From Octopus bimaculoides (Eukaryota): a DNA stretch of 48,151 bases. The first letter of the stretch is position 1; every line of letters begins with the position of its first letter. Shown here piece by piece: positions 1 to 11,625 of the stretch. Under the pieces are notes generated by a model. The model had not been told where the DNA came from. It did not search any database and saw only the letters and a program-made list of their open reading frames with translations. Location of the stretch: the NCBI RefSeq assembly GCF_001194135.2, contig NC_068989.1, forward strand, positions 29,198,317 through 29,246,467, written 5' to 3'. A program made the position numbers and the translations under genes.

Positions 1-162
1 GTGGTTGGTGTTAGGAAGGGCATCCAGCTGTAGAAACGCTGTCAAATTAGATTGGAGCCTGGTGTTGCCATCTGGTTTCACCAGTCCTCAGTCAAATCAT
101 CCAACCCATGCTAGCATGGAAAGCGGACATTAAACGATGATGATGATGATGATGATGATGAT
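1..162 (+). mobile_element. Short (GAT)n-tailed retroposed repeat (RTE LINE 3' end or SINE sharing it)
   Basis: GGTTGGTGTTAGGAAGGGCATCCAGCTGTAGAAAC core, CCATGCTAGCATGG palindrome at 106-119, (GAT)n tail at 136-162. Nearly identical to reverse-strand copies at 20221, 42152 and 47918. Confidence 0.85.
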
Positions 163-165
163 CTC

Positions 166-348
166 TGAGATGTTTTGGAACACCAACTCCATGCTGGACC
201 ACACCAACCCACATCAATACTCTTGCTCATTTCAGCACTCCACGAAGAATGGGCTGCCATTCCCTAGGAAACATTCAACCACTTGATTGAAAGTATGCCT
301 GTGAGAGTGCAGGCTGTTATCAAGGCTGAGGGTGGGTCAACACTGTAT
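166..348 (+). mobile_element. Tc1-family transposase C-terminal relic
   Basis: Translates as *DVLEHQLHAGPHQPTSILLLISALHEEWAAIP*ETFNHLIESMPVRVQAVIKAEGGSTLY. This matches the Tc1 C-terminal pattern (W..I....L..SMP.R..AVI.A.GG.T.Y) and has in-frame stops. Confidence 0.85.
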
Positions 349-1574
349 AGACTGCCACCGTTCCTGATTGAGGGTGGCCCAAACTTGTACTTCAATATTA
401 GGTGGATGAGAGAAGTAACATCTATGTCCGTTGAGTTTCAATGATGTCGGTGTGTACCTTCGATCGTGGTACTATGTACTTTGCTATTTTAGTGGGACAT
501 AAGGTATTATTGTAAAGATTTTTATAGCTACAATAGTTTATGAGGGAAAAAAGACAGACCGTGTCAGTGAGCTATGATGTTGACCAAAGCCTGTTGTTGA
601 TTTAATTTTTTCAATCAATCGGGATCCTTTTTCTGCATTTGGTCTATATATTGGTGGGTGTAGTAGCAGCACCAACCCTGATATGTGAGTACTAGCCCAG
701 TGTGAGTCTTACCGCAACTCTGCAAACTGTGTCAAAAATTAATCATCGTTGAAATATATTTTGTTCTAGAAAAGCTTAATGTTAGGGAGGTAATTTTAGC
801 AATGTTATACAAATGAGGCCACCAGAAACTATATAGTGACTCAGTTGAGTGTATGGCAAAACTGTTTCCAAGTTTTTGAGCAATCAACTCCCTTGCTAAT
901 TATGTCACCTATGTAAAAAGGCTATCAACTACTTCTAGTGAGCCACTCAGACATTCAAGAGAGTCTATTTCCAGTGTGTCGATAGTTCATAGTATGTACT
1001 CCTCCAGTGCCTTATGACATAAGACACTTATGTCCTCTGCTAGTCTGCCTATGATTCCACTGCATCTCTCATGTGTCTATAGCTTAAATTACATACAGTA
1101 TATGGAGTTTATACCTACTTGTTCTCTGAGGCTACCAGGGTCCTGTCTTCTCTACTTACTAAAACCTTTGCTTTTGGTAAGTTTACCTTAAGGGCCATCT
1201 ACTTTGCCCAATTCATCCCCCCACACTTTATCCACAATTCCCTACATCTGCTCTTCAAACTCACTCAATCTTTACAATTGTTGCCAGCCTCCTCTCTCCC
1301 ATTGCCTTATGTCTTGCTCCCTCACATATTTTTGCAACCCTTTACCTGTCTACACTTCTCCAAGTTTCTCTATCCCTATGCACTACTTTTTATTTTGTAC
1401 CTTGAGGAACCATCTACATCAACACTATATCTTTTCAGCTGCACCTGATCCTTCTCTTCTAAATGTATGTAGCCATGTAACTCCTCTACAAAAAAAACTT
1501 GTTCTTCCTTCTCACCTCTCTCATATTTTAACCCTACCTTCCTAAGGATAAACCCTACCACTTCCTGGGTTCAG

Positions 1575-1762
1575 TCTTACAAGCTCCATGGTGACCTCAA
1601 AAAAGCACCCAGTACATGTTGTAAAGTGGTCAGAATTAGAAAGGGTACCTAACCATAAAAACTATACCAAAGTAGACAGTGGAGCACAATGCAATCCTTG
1701 AACTTACTGGATTCTGTGAAACATTCCGACCACCAGCATGTTCCATGTGTATTAAATAATGA
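1575..1762 (+). mobile_element. Older diverged copy of the (GAT)n-tailed repeat family
   Basis: AAAAAAGCACCCAGTACA...GTAAAGTGG...AGAAAGGG...CCAGCATG...AATAATGACG is a decayed version of the family core and tail. Confidence 0.6.
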
Positions 1763-1789
1763 CGAATTTATCTTCAAAAATAGATTTAG

Positions 1790-2340
1790 ATGGAAATAAA
1801 TGGTTGGAGGGAGATCTGTACAAGTTATGTACAGAGGTGCAGGCAGTAAAATGAGAGTCAGCATTAAGTTTTAAAATGAAATTAACATGCAGGTAGGGAT
1901 CCTAGTTTATCAATGTAGCATCTCCATTGATTAACTAGTTCTTCTTGCTGAACTAGTAAAAGATTTAGGAAAGAAATTCCAGATATGGATGCAAAACCCG
2001 AGAGACTTCAAATTAAACTTAGCAATAATGAGTTTTAGCAATTTGGAAAGAAGACTGGATTCTTCTACTGCCAAATGCCAGGGGAAAAAAAAAAACTTAT
2101 GCGGAATATGCAGAAAAGGGCAAGGTACAAAGTCTATATAGTGTACACTTTGTAAATCAGGGACTCACTAAAAATGTAGGATCATAGGCATGCTGGCAAA
2201 GAAGTTAGGCTTTGGATGTGGCAAATGCACAAGAGCAGGTAGCAGTAAAATAATCTCTTTCAAAAGGTTCATTAGCAATAGTTGACAGCTTTTGATAGAT
2301 ATGTGACCTAATTAACAGTGGACATGGGTATACTGAAAGC
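1790..2340 (+). mobile_element. Degenerate RTE-clade LINE reverse transcriptase fragment with internal Cys-rich insert
   Basis: Pieces LVLLAELVKDLGKKFQIW and CGICRKGQGTKSI*CTLCKSGTH*KC...FGCGKC, followed by GSLAIVDSF. Collinear with the RTE family at 27.4-29.2 kb and 45.9-46.4 kb. Many stops and frameshifts. Confidence 0.65.
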
Positions 2341-2544
2341 ATGGTGGTGTGGATTACTGTCAGTGTTGGTGTGTGTAATTAATAAGTGTGAAGAAAACAC
2401 GTAAGTAAGGAGGTGCAAGCAGAAATAAATGTGAGAGAAATGCAGGGTTGTGGTGGTGATAGGGGTGTATGTAAGCGTATCAGTGTGAGATACCGTAATG
2501 TAGGAAAAAGTTACTAACAAGAGGCTACAATAAACACTGGTAAA

Positions 2545-2546
<2 letters not shown>

Positions 2547-2606
<60 letters not shown>
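2547..2606. repeat. (GT)n-(GA)n compound microsatellite
   Basis: Seen directly. Confidence 0.95.
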
Positions 2607-2607
<1 letters not shown>

Positions 2608-3860
2608 GGGGGAGGGAGAGAGAAGGAGAGGGAGCATGTTTGTGTTTGTCTTTCAGCACTTGGCAACCCACCATTGGTTTGTTTATGACCAGCTCCAGTA
2701 ATTGAAAAAAAGTATAAGAATGAATATTTCCTATTTTAACTCATCATTCACCTTAAGTTAATGCACTTTCAACTGTATTATGCTAGTTATGAAAACACCA
2801 AGAATGCATCCACTACCCCCCACCCCACCAGAAACTTAATAGCAAAATAATGTTCATTGAAAAGGCAATTCAAATATATCCAATAGTTTGGTTAATTTTT
2901 CTATAAAAAGAAAAAAGCAATGTTTTAAATTAATTCAATAACTACTGTGATTTAATTACTATCAAATTAGAATGATAAAAGTGATTCTTTTGGCTTTATA
3001 CTACCCTTCAGTTAAAATGTCTCAAGTTCTAGATTTAATTATTCTGAAAATAATCAAGCAATAGAACATTCAGCAGAGTAGTCAGAGAAATATAATTATG
3101 AATAAAACAGTGTATTGAAAAGAGGTGAACACAACAGAAGTTAACAGAAGAGAAGTAACGAGTAAATTTGTTAGTGATAGAAATGGAAGCAAATTACTAA
3201 TGAAGTGCAAACACAACATTGAATCCACTCTAACAAGCTCTGAAAAGTTGTATAAATTGAGAAAAACATCAAAGTTTTCTGGAAATACACTGTAGACGTT
3301 TTACAAAATTGTTTTGGTATAGAAGTTATTTAAAAATACTAAATGTAAGCTGGTTGCCAAATCTAAAAGGATTGTGAACTTCAATAAATAGTTAGGGCAT
3401 CAACAATAAGACAACAATGGATGAAGAGAATAATTTTCAGAAAATCATGGATAGTTTATGGTGAGTATTGGCAATATTTATGGACTAACTAGGCAAACCA
3501 TCAAATGCATTACAAAATTAGCCGAGAAACAAAGCAAGATAAACAAAAAGACTTTGATAACAGTTCTAGGAAAATATAGTATCATTTTAGATAAGTTAAT
3601 AAATAGAAACAATTCTCCTGGGGGAAAAATGGCCATATTCTTTTACATGTGATTTAAACTCTATTAGCCATCAACAGGAGATATCTATTTAATGGAAGAC
3701 AAAAAAGAGATGTGGTTCTTGTTTAAAATAAAACTCAGCTCTTAAAGCATTCAGTTCATGCCATTAAACCAATTATAAGTAAAGTTCAACAGAAGTTGAA
3801 CAGTTTTAAGGAGTGAGATGGATGATATACATTTGTACATAGTAAGAACAGTGTTCTTAT

Positions 3861-3916
3861 AATGGGATGCCTTACAATGGGATGCCTTACAATGGGATGC
3901 CTTACAATGGGATGCC
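3861..3916. repeat. Perfect 15-bp tandem repeat (AATGGGATGCCTTAC), about 3.7 copies
   Basis: Seen directly. It produces the MPYNG repeats in the 3867-4049 ORF. Confidence 0.95.
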
Positions 3917-4764
3917 ATCAACCACAAAAACTAAAGCAAGCAAAACTATACCCTGTGTAAGAATGTGTTCAAGGTCTATAACAGAGTTTGAATTTAGTAA
4001 ACCTGTGCAATCTACTTTGTTCTGGATATATTTTTGCATTCTAGAATGACACCATTCTAGAATAAATTGTGGTAAAAATACGGATAGATATCAACTAACA
4101 GAACAGTCATTAAGAAACACTATGAAAAAGAAAAAATTTGGTTTCACTAAACTGGAACTGCAGGATTGTAAATCACATGAAAAAAAATTTGTTTATGGAA
4201 ATAAGTAAAGGTTGCAGCAACAATGAAAAAGCAGTACAGTTTGTTTTGCCAAAATCTACAACTATAGGGAAAAGAAAATTCTCAAGCATATAAGTAGTTC
4301 TGTTTGAGAATTTCATCAAAATATTTATGAATGCACTTATACAGAAAATAGTTGTCTACAATATTTATAAACAGAAGCAAATATATTTACTAATATTTAT
4401 CTCAGATGCAAATAATTACAAATGAAAACTACAACACAAAGTTTACAGCATTTCTTATCATGAAACGTTTTTGCTTTTTTGCTTTTTCAGTAGTGTAATA
4501 GATGAAAGTTGAAAGTTTTGAGTATGATGGGTTCCAGAGCTGATACAAAACTGATCACAAGCAGCAAGAGATGTAAATGGTGATGAATAGTAGTCATGTT
4601 TATGATCACTATTAAATAAGGACACACACACATATATATTCAAAATATATTTATATATAAAATATATTTTATATATACAAAGTAAATTATTATAAAACGG
4701 TTAAAATCAAATTAAGCTAATAAAGAAAATTTTTTAAATGGGGATATGAAATGATATGACTTAC

Positions 4765-4833
4765 ACAGCAGGCTGTAAAAACACCACTTGTTAAGTGCTT
4801 TAATAAGAGTGAATATTACACATGACACTGTCT
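4765..4833 (-). other. Candidate 69-nt internal exon of the minus-strand host gene
   Basis: Minus strand reads TGTTTTTCTTCAG|AGACAG...CCTGCTGT|GTAAGT. One open frame (TVSCVIFTLIKALNKWCFYSLL, phase 1-1). No recognisable homology, so it could be chance. Confidence 0.2.
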
Positions 4834-5849
4834 CTGAAGAAAAACACTGGCTAAAAGTAATTACATACAACATTAAATCACTCTTACAATAAAGAATAGC
4901 CTACTACAACAGGAAGATTTTTCAGGAAATGCTTGAAGAATTTAGAAAGAAAAAAAAAGCATAAAATAACACAACCTATATATATATATATAACACATCA
5001 CATCCTACATATCAAAACACTCAAAACACATGACACTATACTCAAAACACACACACAACCATATACATTCAAGCACCATACAAAGTATTTGTGTTTAACA
5101 AAAAATATGTCAGATCCTATACTAAAATGCATTATATAGAGTAAATGTTATTTAGAGAGAGACATTCATTCAAATGTTAGTCTATCAGGGATACAGGCAT
5201 TAATTTTAATGTGTTGAGAAGAAATTATAGAGAATCTGGCAGGAATACAAAAATGGCAAGTTTTATTCATGTCATTAGGAATGATCATGTGTAAATAAGT
5301 ATCCTGTAGTATATAGACAAATGAAAGAAATTATAAATGATGAATGAGGAGAAAGTAAAAATATGAACAGTCTATAATCAGATTGTGTTAGAAGCTTATA
5401 TGCAGCTAACATGTATTTAAACAAAGTAGCTATTATAATTGAACACTAGTTTCATAAGCATAATCATAGTCAAATGATGATTTAAATCCTTACATATATA
5501 AAGAAAATGGAGGTAGTCAGGATTTGGGATAATTATTTATTTAGTGCTTTCATATCTTTTTGAGAGATTCATCATGTAAATTCATGCGTTTCATATATGT
5601 GTATGTTAGTTGGAGTCTTTTTCTGAGATGGCCAAAATTAATGACATTTCCAGAAGTCAGTTGCCTTTGAGTCACTGAGTTTTCAATCAGCTATCATGGT
5701 AACCAACTGTTGAAAACAGACTCCATCATATTGTCTTGGAAGGTGTGTGTGTGTGTGTGTGCACGCGCATGTGCATGCATGCGTGGTGGTTGCTTAAGTG
5801 AATTTTTCCAGTTGTTTTAGTAACAGTAATGAGAACATTATTAATAATA

Positions 5850-6290
5850 CCCAGTGGTAATCTGATTTGGTTCTTTCGGACACTATTCATAAATAAAGAT
5901 TTCTCTGGCTTCTAGTACTTTGGGTCATCCCTTGGGCATTTGTGAAAGGGAAACATCTTGAATCTGTAGTTTCCACATATTTCAAGATGCTTACTCAGCC
6001 GAATATTGTGTAAATCTTTTTGTCTGATGCGTTGTCTGTGGATTCTTGCATGTTGGCAAAAACAATTATTGGCTTTGCTAATATAATTTTCTTTGCAATT
6101 AGGGCAGGTTATGCAGTATATGAGATTCTTAATCTCAGTCTGCATTTATTTGGAAAGAGAATCCACTTTTAAATTTTATATAAGAACCAATGACCAAATA
6201 TTTGTTACATATTCCACAACTATTATCTGCACATAGAATTCAGAATTATCCACTGATGTGAATTTTGCCCTTATGAGATGTATTTCAAGA
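5850..6290 (-). mobile_element. Penelope-like element GIY-YIG endonuclease relic
   Basis: CADNSCGICNKYL (CxxxxCxxC) followed after a frameshift by KNLIYCITCPNCKENYISK...RIHRQRIR...SKHLEIC. This is the typical PLE zinc motif plus LIY-x-C-x-C-x-Y(IG) endonuclease. Confidence 0.8.
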
Positions 6291-6319
6291 TTTTTGGCTA
6301 ACATTTACTGTTTTGTGTA

Positions 6320-6430
<111 letters not shown>

Positions 6431-6634
6431 CATACATATACATATACATAATGCGAGAGAGTTAGGGGTTGAGGGCTCAACCCACTAAGGGATAGTATCT
6501 ATCCAATATACTGCTGGGAGGGTACCCAATTATTGCTACACTAGTGTTATACCAAGTGCAATAAATGGAAGCGGGTAAAAAAGGGGGGGGGGTACCCCAA
6601 ATTTGTATATTATCCTCCATTTTCTAATTGATAT

Positions 6635-6668
<34 letters not shown>
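6635..6668. repeat. (GATA)n microsatellite
   Basis: Seen directly. Confidence 0.95.
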
Positions 6669-6670
<2 letters not shown>

Positions 6671-6697
6671 AACTTGCTTAGTTGGAAATGGATGCGT

Positions 6698-6890
6698 GGC
6701 AGAGTAGATAAAACAGGGGACAACTGATGAAGGGAATGTTTTTTTTATGTGGCCTGTCTCATTTCTCTATTTGTTTCTTTCATTGTTCAAAAAAAAGTTC
6801 ATTTTCCATGTTTTTGTTCTTTTATGTTCTGGTTTCTCATTCTGTTCACGTTCTTTTTTTTTTTGATGTCCTGTACCCATATATGCATGT
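6698..6890 (+). repeat. Partial copy of an unclassified interspersed repeat (family A)
   Basis: GCAGAGTAGATAAA...GGGACAACTGATGAAGGG...TGTCCTGTACCCATAT matches 19065-19240. Confidence 0.75.
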
Positions 6891-6937
6891 ATATACACAC
6901 ATACATGTAGTTATGTACATATATGTATGTATATATG

Positions 6938-6968
<31 letters not shown>

Positions 6969-7149
6969 TGGTCACTCACACTCACTCTTCTATAATGTGA
7001 GTTGCCATGTAGCTCCTCTATCGTAAGAAACTTGCTCTGTTCTAACCTCTTCTCTCAAATTCTAATTCCTTATCTGTTAGTATCAAGTTATCCTTCCCTC
7101 CCCACAATAGCTCCTTTCAGTCAAAGAGAATTTTTAACCTTCTAAACTG

Positions 7150-7295
7150 CATGGTGACTACACTAGTGCTGGTGCCATGAAAAAAGAACCCAGTACACTT
7201 ATAAAGTGACTGGTGTCCAACTGTAGAAATCATGCTAAATCCTGCATATGGTCCAACCCATATTTGCATGGAACATGGTATTAAATAATGATGAT
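7150..7295 (+). mobile_element. Diverged (GAT)n-tailed repeat
   Basis: GTGCTGGTGCCATGAAAAAAGAACCCAGTACAC...CCAACTGTAGAAATC...CCAACCCAT...AATGATGAT. Confidence 0.65.
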
Positions 7296-7304
7296 TGTGT
7301 ATGT

Positions 7305-7845
7305 ATCATCATCATTTAACAACTGGTTCCATGCTGGCATGGGTTGGATGGTTTAACTGAAAACTGGTAAGCTGCACTAGGTTTCAATCTGATTTGGCAT
7401 GGTTTCTACAGGTGGATGCTAACACCAACCACTGCAAGAGTGCAGTGGGTACTTTTTACATTTCACTGGCATGGGTGCTAGGTATGAAACACCAGCATTG
7501 GCCACAACTACGATCTCATTTGGCTTGGCAAGTCTTTTCAAGCACAGTATATTGTCAAAGATCTTGGTTGTTTGTCATTGCCTCCATGAGGCCCAAAGTT
7601 TGAAGCATGCTTTTTATGTGCCACTAGCATGGGTGCCAGGTATACAAGACTGACATTGGCCATGACTATGATTTAACTTGGCTTGACTGGTTTTCTCATG
7701 CATAGCATATTGCCCAATGTTCGAAGGGTGCTTTTTACATGTCACCGACACGAGCACCAGTTACACAACACTGGCATTGACCACGACTTCACTCAGCTTG
7801 ATGGGTCTTCTCAAGCACAGTATATTGCCAAAGGTCTTGGTCCTG
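7305..7845 (-). mobile_element. (GAT)n-tailed repeat, longer subfamily with repeated modules
   Basis: Starts with CATCATCATTTAAC, has the TTTCTACAGGTGGATGC core, then three TTTTTA(C/T)(A/G)TG..AC..GCA modules spaced about 120-160 bp apart. Confidence 0.8.
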
Positions 7846-9019
7846 GTTGAAGAATAATAAACTAGTGGTATCACAAGCAGTAAAATAATATAAGGAAAAT
7901 ACCCCTAGAGGATTTGATGTTTGAAATTTCAAGAAAACCACCACATATGATAAGCCCCTGAAGAAGGCCAAAGGACAGAATAGCTGAAACACTAGCCCAA
8001 AGATCAGTGCATAATCACTTGTGTCACTGTTGTCCTATATCAATCTATAATAATACAAAATGGTATTCATGAAAATGAAGTCAATAAGGATAATAATGAT
8101 GACAAAACATGCTACATCACATTGTTTCCCTACATATGCAACAATGAGTCTAACTCAGTAGACCATAGACATGTTTAGAACCAACATTTGTATCAAAGTC
8201 TCTGGAGTATGTTATGAGATTGATGTGGATGGGCTGTAATATGGATCAAGCTTTATATTTGAATTATTTCATTTAGATTTTTCTAAAAACACTCCCCAAC
8301 TCTTGGAGGGTGTTCTATTATGCAAGTAAGTATTAATCGGAAAGGGAAGGAGCAGAAAATTGTCTTTATCAGAACTGCATTTCAATAGAAAACAATAAAA
8401 CTTATGTGTCGTGTTCTCATGGTAGTTTTATACCCAAGAAATCTTAACAATCTGACAAGTTTAATTAGTGAAGCTTTTGAAATTTTCTCAGGCATTATGT
8501 CTGTCTGTCTATCTATCTATCTATCTATCTCATGGCTATATTATACAAATAAATGCTATTTATTGCAATTTCCCATACCTCTTGTTAACTCTCATATATC
8601 TAGTTAGTTTTCCAGAAGTACATGCTTTACGGCTCAAAATGCAAATGACATTGTAATGCTTAATCCAAAAACCTGATCTATTATTATACCGTCATTGATT
8701 CTCCATTGCTTTTTTATTTTTATTTTTATACTGGTATGATCTGTACTGCTATAAATGGATTGTAGCCAGAAACAACAACAAAAATGTGTCAAGACCTTGG
8801 ATGGCACACAATTGAGATGTGCGATTCATGTTCCTACCTACTTCTATTATAGATACCTTGAGTTGATTCTGTTGCTATACTTGAATAGATTTATGTACTT
8901 CATAAGAAAAATATGCACGTGTGTGTGTGCATGTACATGCGCGCACACATACCATCAGCTGTATAAGCCAGTAAGTTAGTGTCATCTGCATAAAGGAGTC
9001 CTCTGATCAGTTTCAAATG

Positions 9020-9580
9020 TTTTCAACTTGAAGTTGAACCTTCTAAATTGCTGACTCTTCCAGTAGTTCTAAACTGTAATAGGATGCTCTCATCACAGTT
9101 GTGGAATACATGGGTAAGCAGAACCACAAAGAATATCAAAAAGAATGTTGGAGCAGCAACATTGCCTGGCTTTATTCCACTGTGAATCAAAACATCAAAC
9201 AATTCTCTATTAAAGATAACCCGAGCCTTTATGTTCTGCTGCAATCAAATATACTAATGAATAGTGGTGGAAATCCTATCTTTCAAAAGAGTGTCCATAG
9301 TGAACCTCTCTTAACTGAATCAAAAGCTTCCATTAAAACAGTGAAAACTTGATATAAGGGCACCTGTTGTTGAATGAATCTCTCTTGTACCTGCCTAGCA
9401 GAGAATATCATGTCTACTGTTGCTTTACATGATTTGAATCCACTCTGATTCGTGGATGGCTGTAGGACAGATATCTTCCATCAGCCTGTTAAATTACAGC
9501 CCAGCAACCATTTTGTCAACAGCTCCCCAGGGTGTAATGCCATGGTAGTGATCACAAATTTCTTTTTCTCCTTTTACCTT
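9020..9580 (-). mobile_element. Degenerate RTE/BovB-like LINE reverse transcriptase fragment
   Basis: Minus-strand pieces ICDHYHGI, EAFDSV, and KARVIFNRELFDVLIHSGIKPGNVAAPTFFLIFFVVLLTHVFHNCDESILLQFRTTGRVSNL. These resemble the BovB-type RT segment GVKQGCVLAPTLF...GIYIRFRTDG..FNL. Many stops. Confidence 0.8.
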
Positions 9581-9854
9581 AAACAAAGACACTAAAATGC
9601 TGTCAATTTAATCTTGTAATATAGAACCTTTTTACTTTACTCATTCTAGATAACCAAAATTTCAATGACATTAAAGAAGGTAAAATCTTGCAAGACCAAC
9701 TTGACACACAACATCAAGATGAAGGATGAAGTAGTGAGAAAGGCTGGACCTCACTGAGGAAATGACAAGGGACCAGATGTGGCAATTTGTTGCACTTGAT
9801 AAGACACATCAGGCTAAGTAAAATTACTGTCTTCTACATACAATGGCTTGTCCT

Positions 9855-10020
9855 TTCAGGTGCCAGTGCCACATAAAAAGCACTCAGCACACTCTGTTAT
9901 GTAACTGGCGTTAAGAAGGGTATTCAGCTGTAGAAACCATACCACAATAAACAGTTGGAGTCTGGACAGCTCCCTGCTAGCCAGCTTCATAGCAAAGTGT
10001 CCAACCCATGCCAGTATGGA
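9855..10020 (+). mobile_element. (GAT)n-family repeat (tail lost at junction), preceded by an RTE ORF-end fragment at about 9715-9825
   Basis: GTGCCAGTGCCACATAAAAAGCAC...GGCGTTAAGAAGGGTATTCAGCTGTAGAAAC...CCAACCCATGCCAGTATGGAAA. Confidence 0.8.
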
Positions 10021-10021
10021 A

Positions 10022-10420
10022 ATCATCATCATCATCATTTAATGTCCTCTTTCCATGGGTTGGACGATTTGACTGGGGACTGGCGAACCAGATGGCAACA
10101 CCAGGCTCCAATCTGATCTGGCAGAGTTTCTACAGCTGGATGCCCTTCCTAATGCCAACCACTCAGAGTGTAGTGGGTGCTTCTTACGTGCCACCAGCAT
10201 GAGGGCCAGTCCAGCGGTGCTGGCAACAGCCACACTCAAATTGTGTTTTTTACGTGTCACCTGCACAGGAGTCAGTCCAATGTTTTGTTCACATGCCAGT
10301 GGCACGAGTGCCAGTAAGGCGAAGCTGGAAACAATCGCACTCAAATGGTGCTTTTTACGTGCCACCGACACGGAAGCGAGTTTGCTGCTCTGGCAGTGAT
10401 CCTGCTCAGATGGTGGATGT
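10022..10420 (-). mobile_element. (GAT)n-tailed repeat with 3-4 hairpin modules
   Basis: Starts with (CAT)n and contains the CTACAGCTGGATGCCCTTCCTAATGCCAACC core. Modules at about 10176, 10244, 10288 and 10347. Confidence 0.9.
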
Positions 10421-11625
10421 TAAATGATAATGATGATGAAAGACCAGATGATGATGATGATGTTAAAACTGCAGTGATGTTCATCTATGATGCAATTTAT
10501 TATGGGACTCACTTCATCAATTGTGTGTTACAGTTATTTACAAAAAGATCATTACAAATATATTAGCATGTTAATTTTGTTTCGTTTATATTATTTTGAC
10601 AATAGAAAATGAAAACAATAAAAATACTTTCAACAACAAAAATAATAAACGTAAAAATTTAGCTAAATGTGGTTAATTCATCTTATCACAATGACTATTT
10701 TAATGAATTCATACAGTAATTTTTAGTCAGTTAAGTAGAAAAATCATCAAAACACACCTCACATTGTTGTTTTAAATATGTTCACCACTGTATAACTGTT
10801 GTGCATTGATGAAGGTGGGAGTGGGTGGAATGGATTGTTGGGGAACAGACAGACATTATTAAAGTGTAGTTGGCAAGCAGTTGTTTCAACATTAATGCTG
10901 TCCTGCCGCATATCTAAAATGCTGTTCTTGGTATGTTAGTTATTTAGTTCAGCCAGTAAATCATTGACAAAGGAAAAAAGGCAGGCACTCAGTGAACTAA
11001 CTACACACTGCACTGGTGATGTTGAACTAACATAATTACAAATATAAACTAAATAAACTAATATAAATTCATAAGTATTTATACATTTATGTATAAACCA
11101 ACTAAATTTCAACCTATTTTCCAAAAGATAATTAATTATCTACACGGTTAAAGAATGTATATTAATCTATGTGAATAAGAAAATTATACACAAATTAAAT
11201 TACATTAAGTATAACAATATACTGAGAGCAGCAAAAAATATGAAAGAATTTTTAAAAGGAAAATAAGTGATGATTAACAAAAACATGGTAGAGAAAGTTG
11301 GGATGAAGATTAAATATGAAATATAAAATAAACAAACCTCTCTTATATGCAAATATAGAAAATATGATTTGAAGTAAAACGATCAACAAAGACTAGACTA
11401 CACAACACATGAAACATGATTGAAAGTAAAGAATTTGTTTAAGGGTTAGAAATTAGGAGCCAGAGAAATTATTGAGTGATGAATGACTCCCAGCAGGGGG
11501 TATATCTTGTTAGAATTCATATAAAACTGACATAGCATTTATTTAATGCAGAGAGAAGAAACAGTTATGTATGTTTGATAAACACAGGACAGATATGTAG
11601 AATCCACATCAATATTTGTCCACCT

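Noticed and set aside
420-1100. Possible decayed TE coding sequence
   Set aside because: No motif I could assign with confidence.
1119-1545. Two overlapping plus ORFs of 109 and 113 aa
   Set aside because: Pyrimidine-rich, low-complexity sequence with no recognisable domain or splice support. Possibly an old TE but unassignable.
7440-10400. Regularly spaced GTGC...TTTTTACGTGCCAC motifs as a CRISPR-like array
   Set aside because: Eukaryotic context, no cas genes, spacers are mutually homologous and degenerate, and the modules belong to a retroelement UTR.
10741-11124. Higher-complexity stretch as a minus-strand exon
   Set aside because: All frames stop soon after each plausible acceptor.
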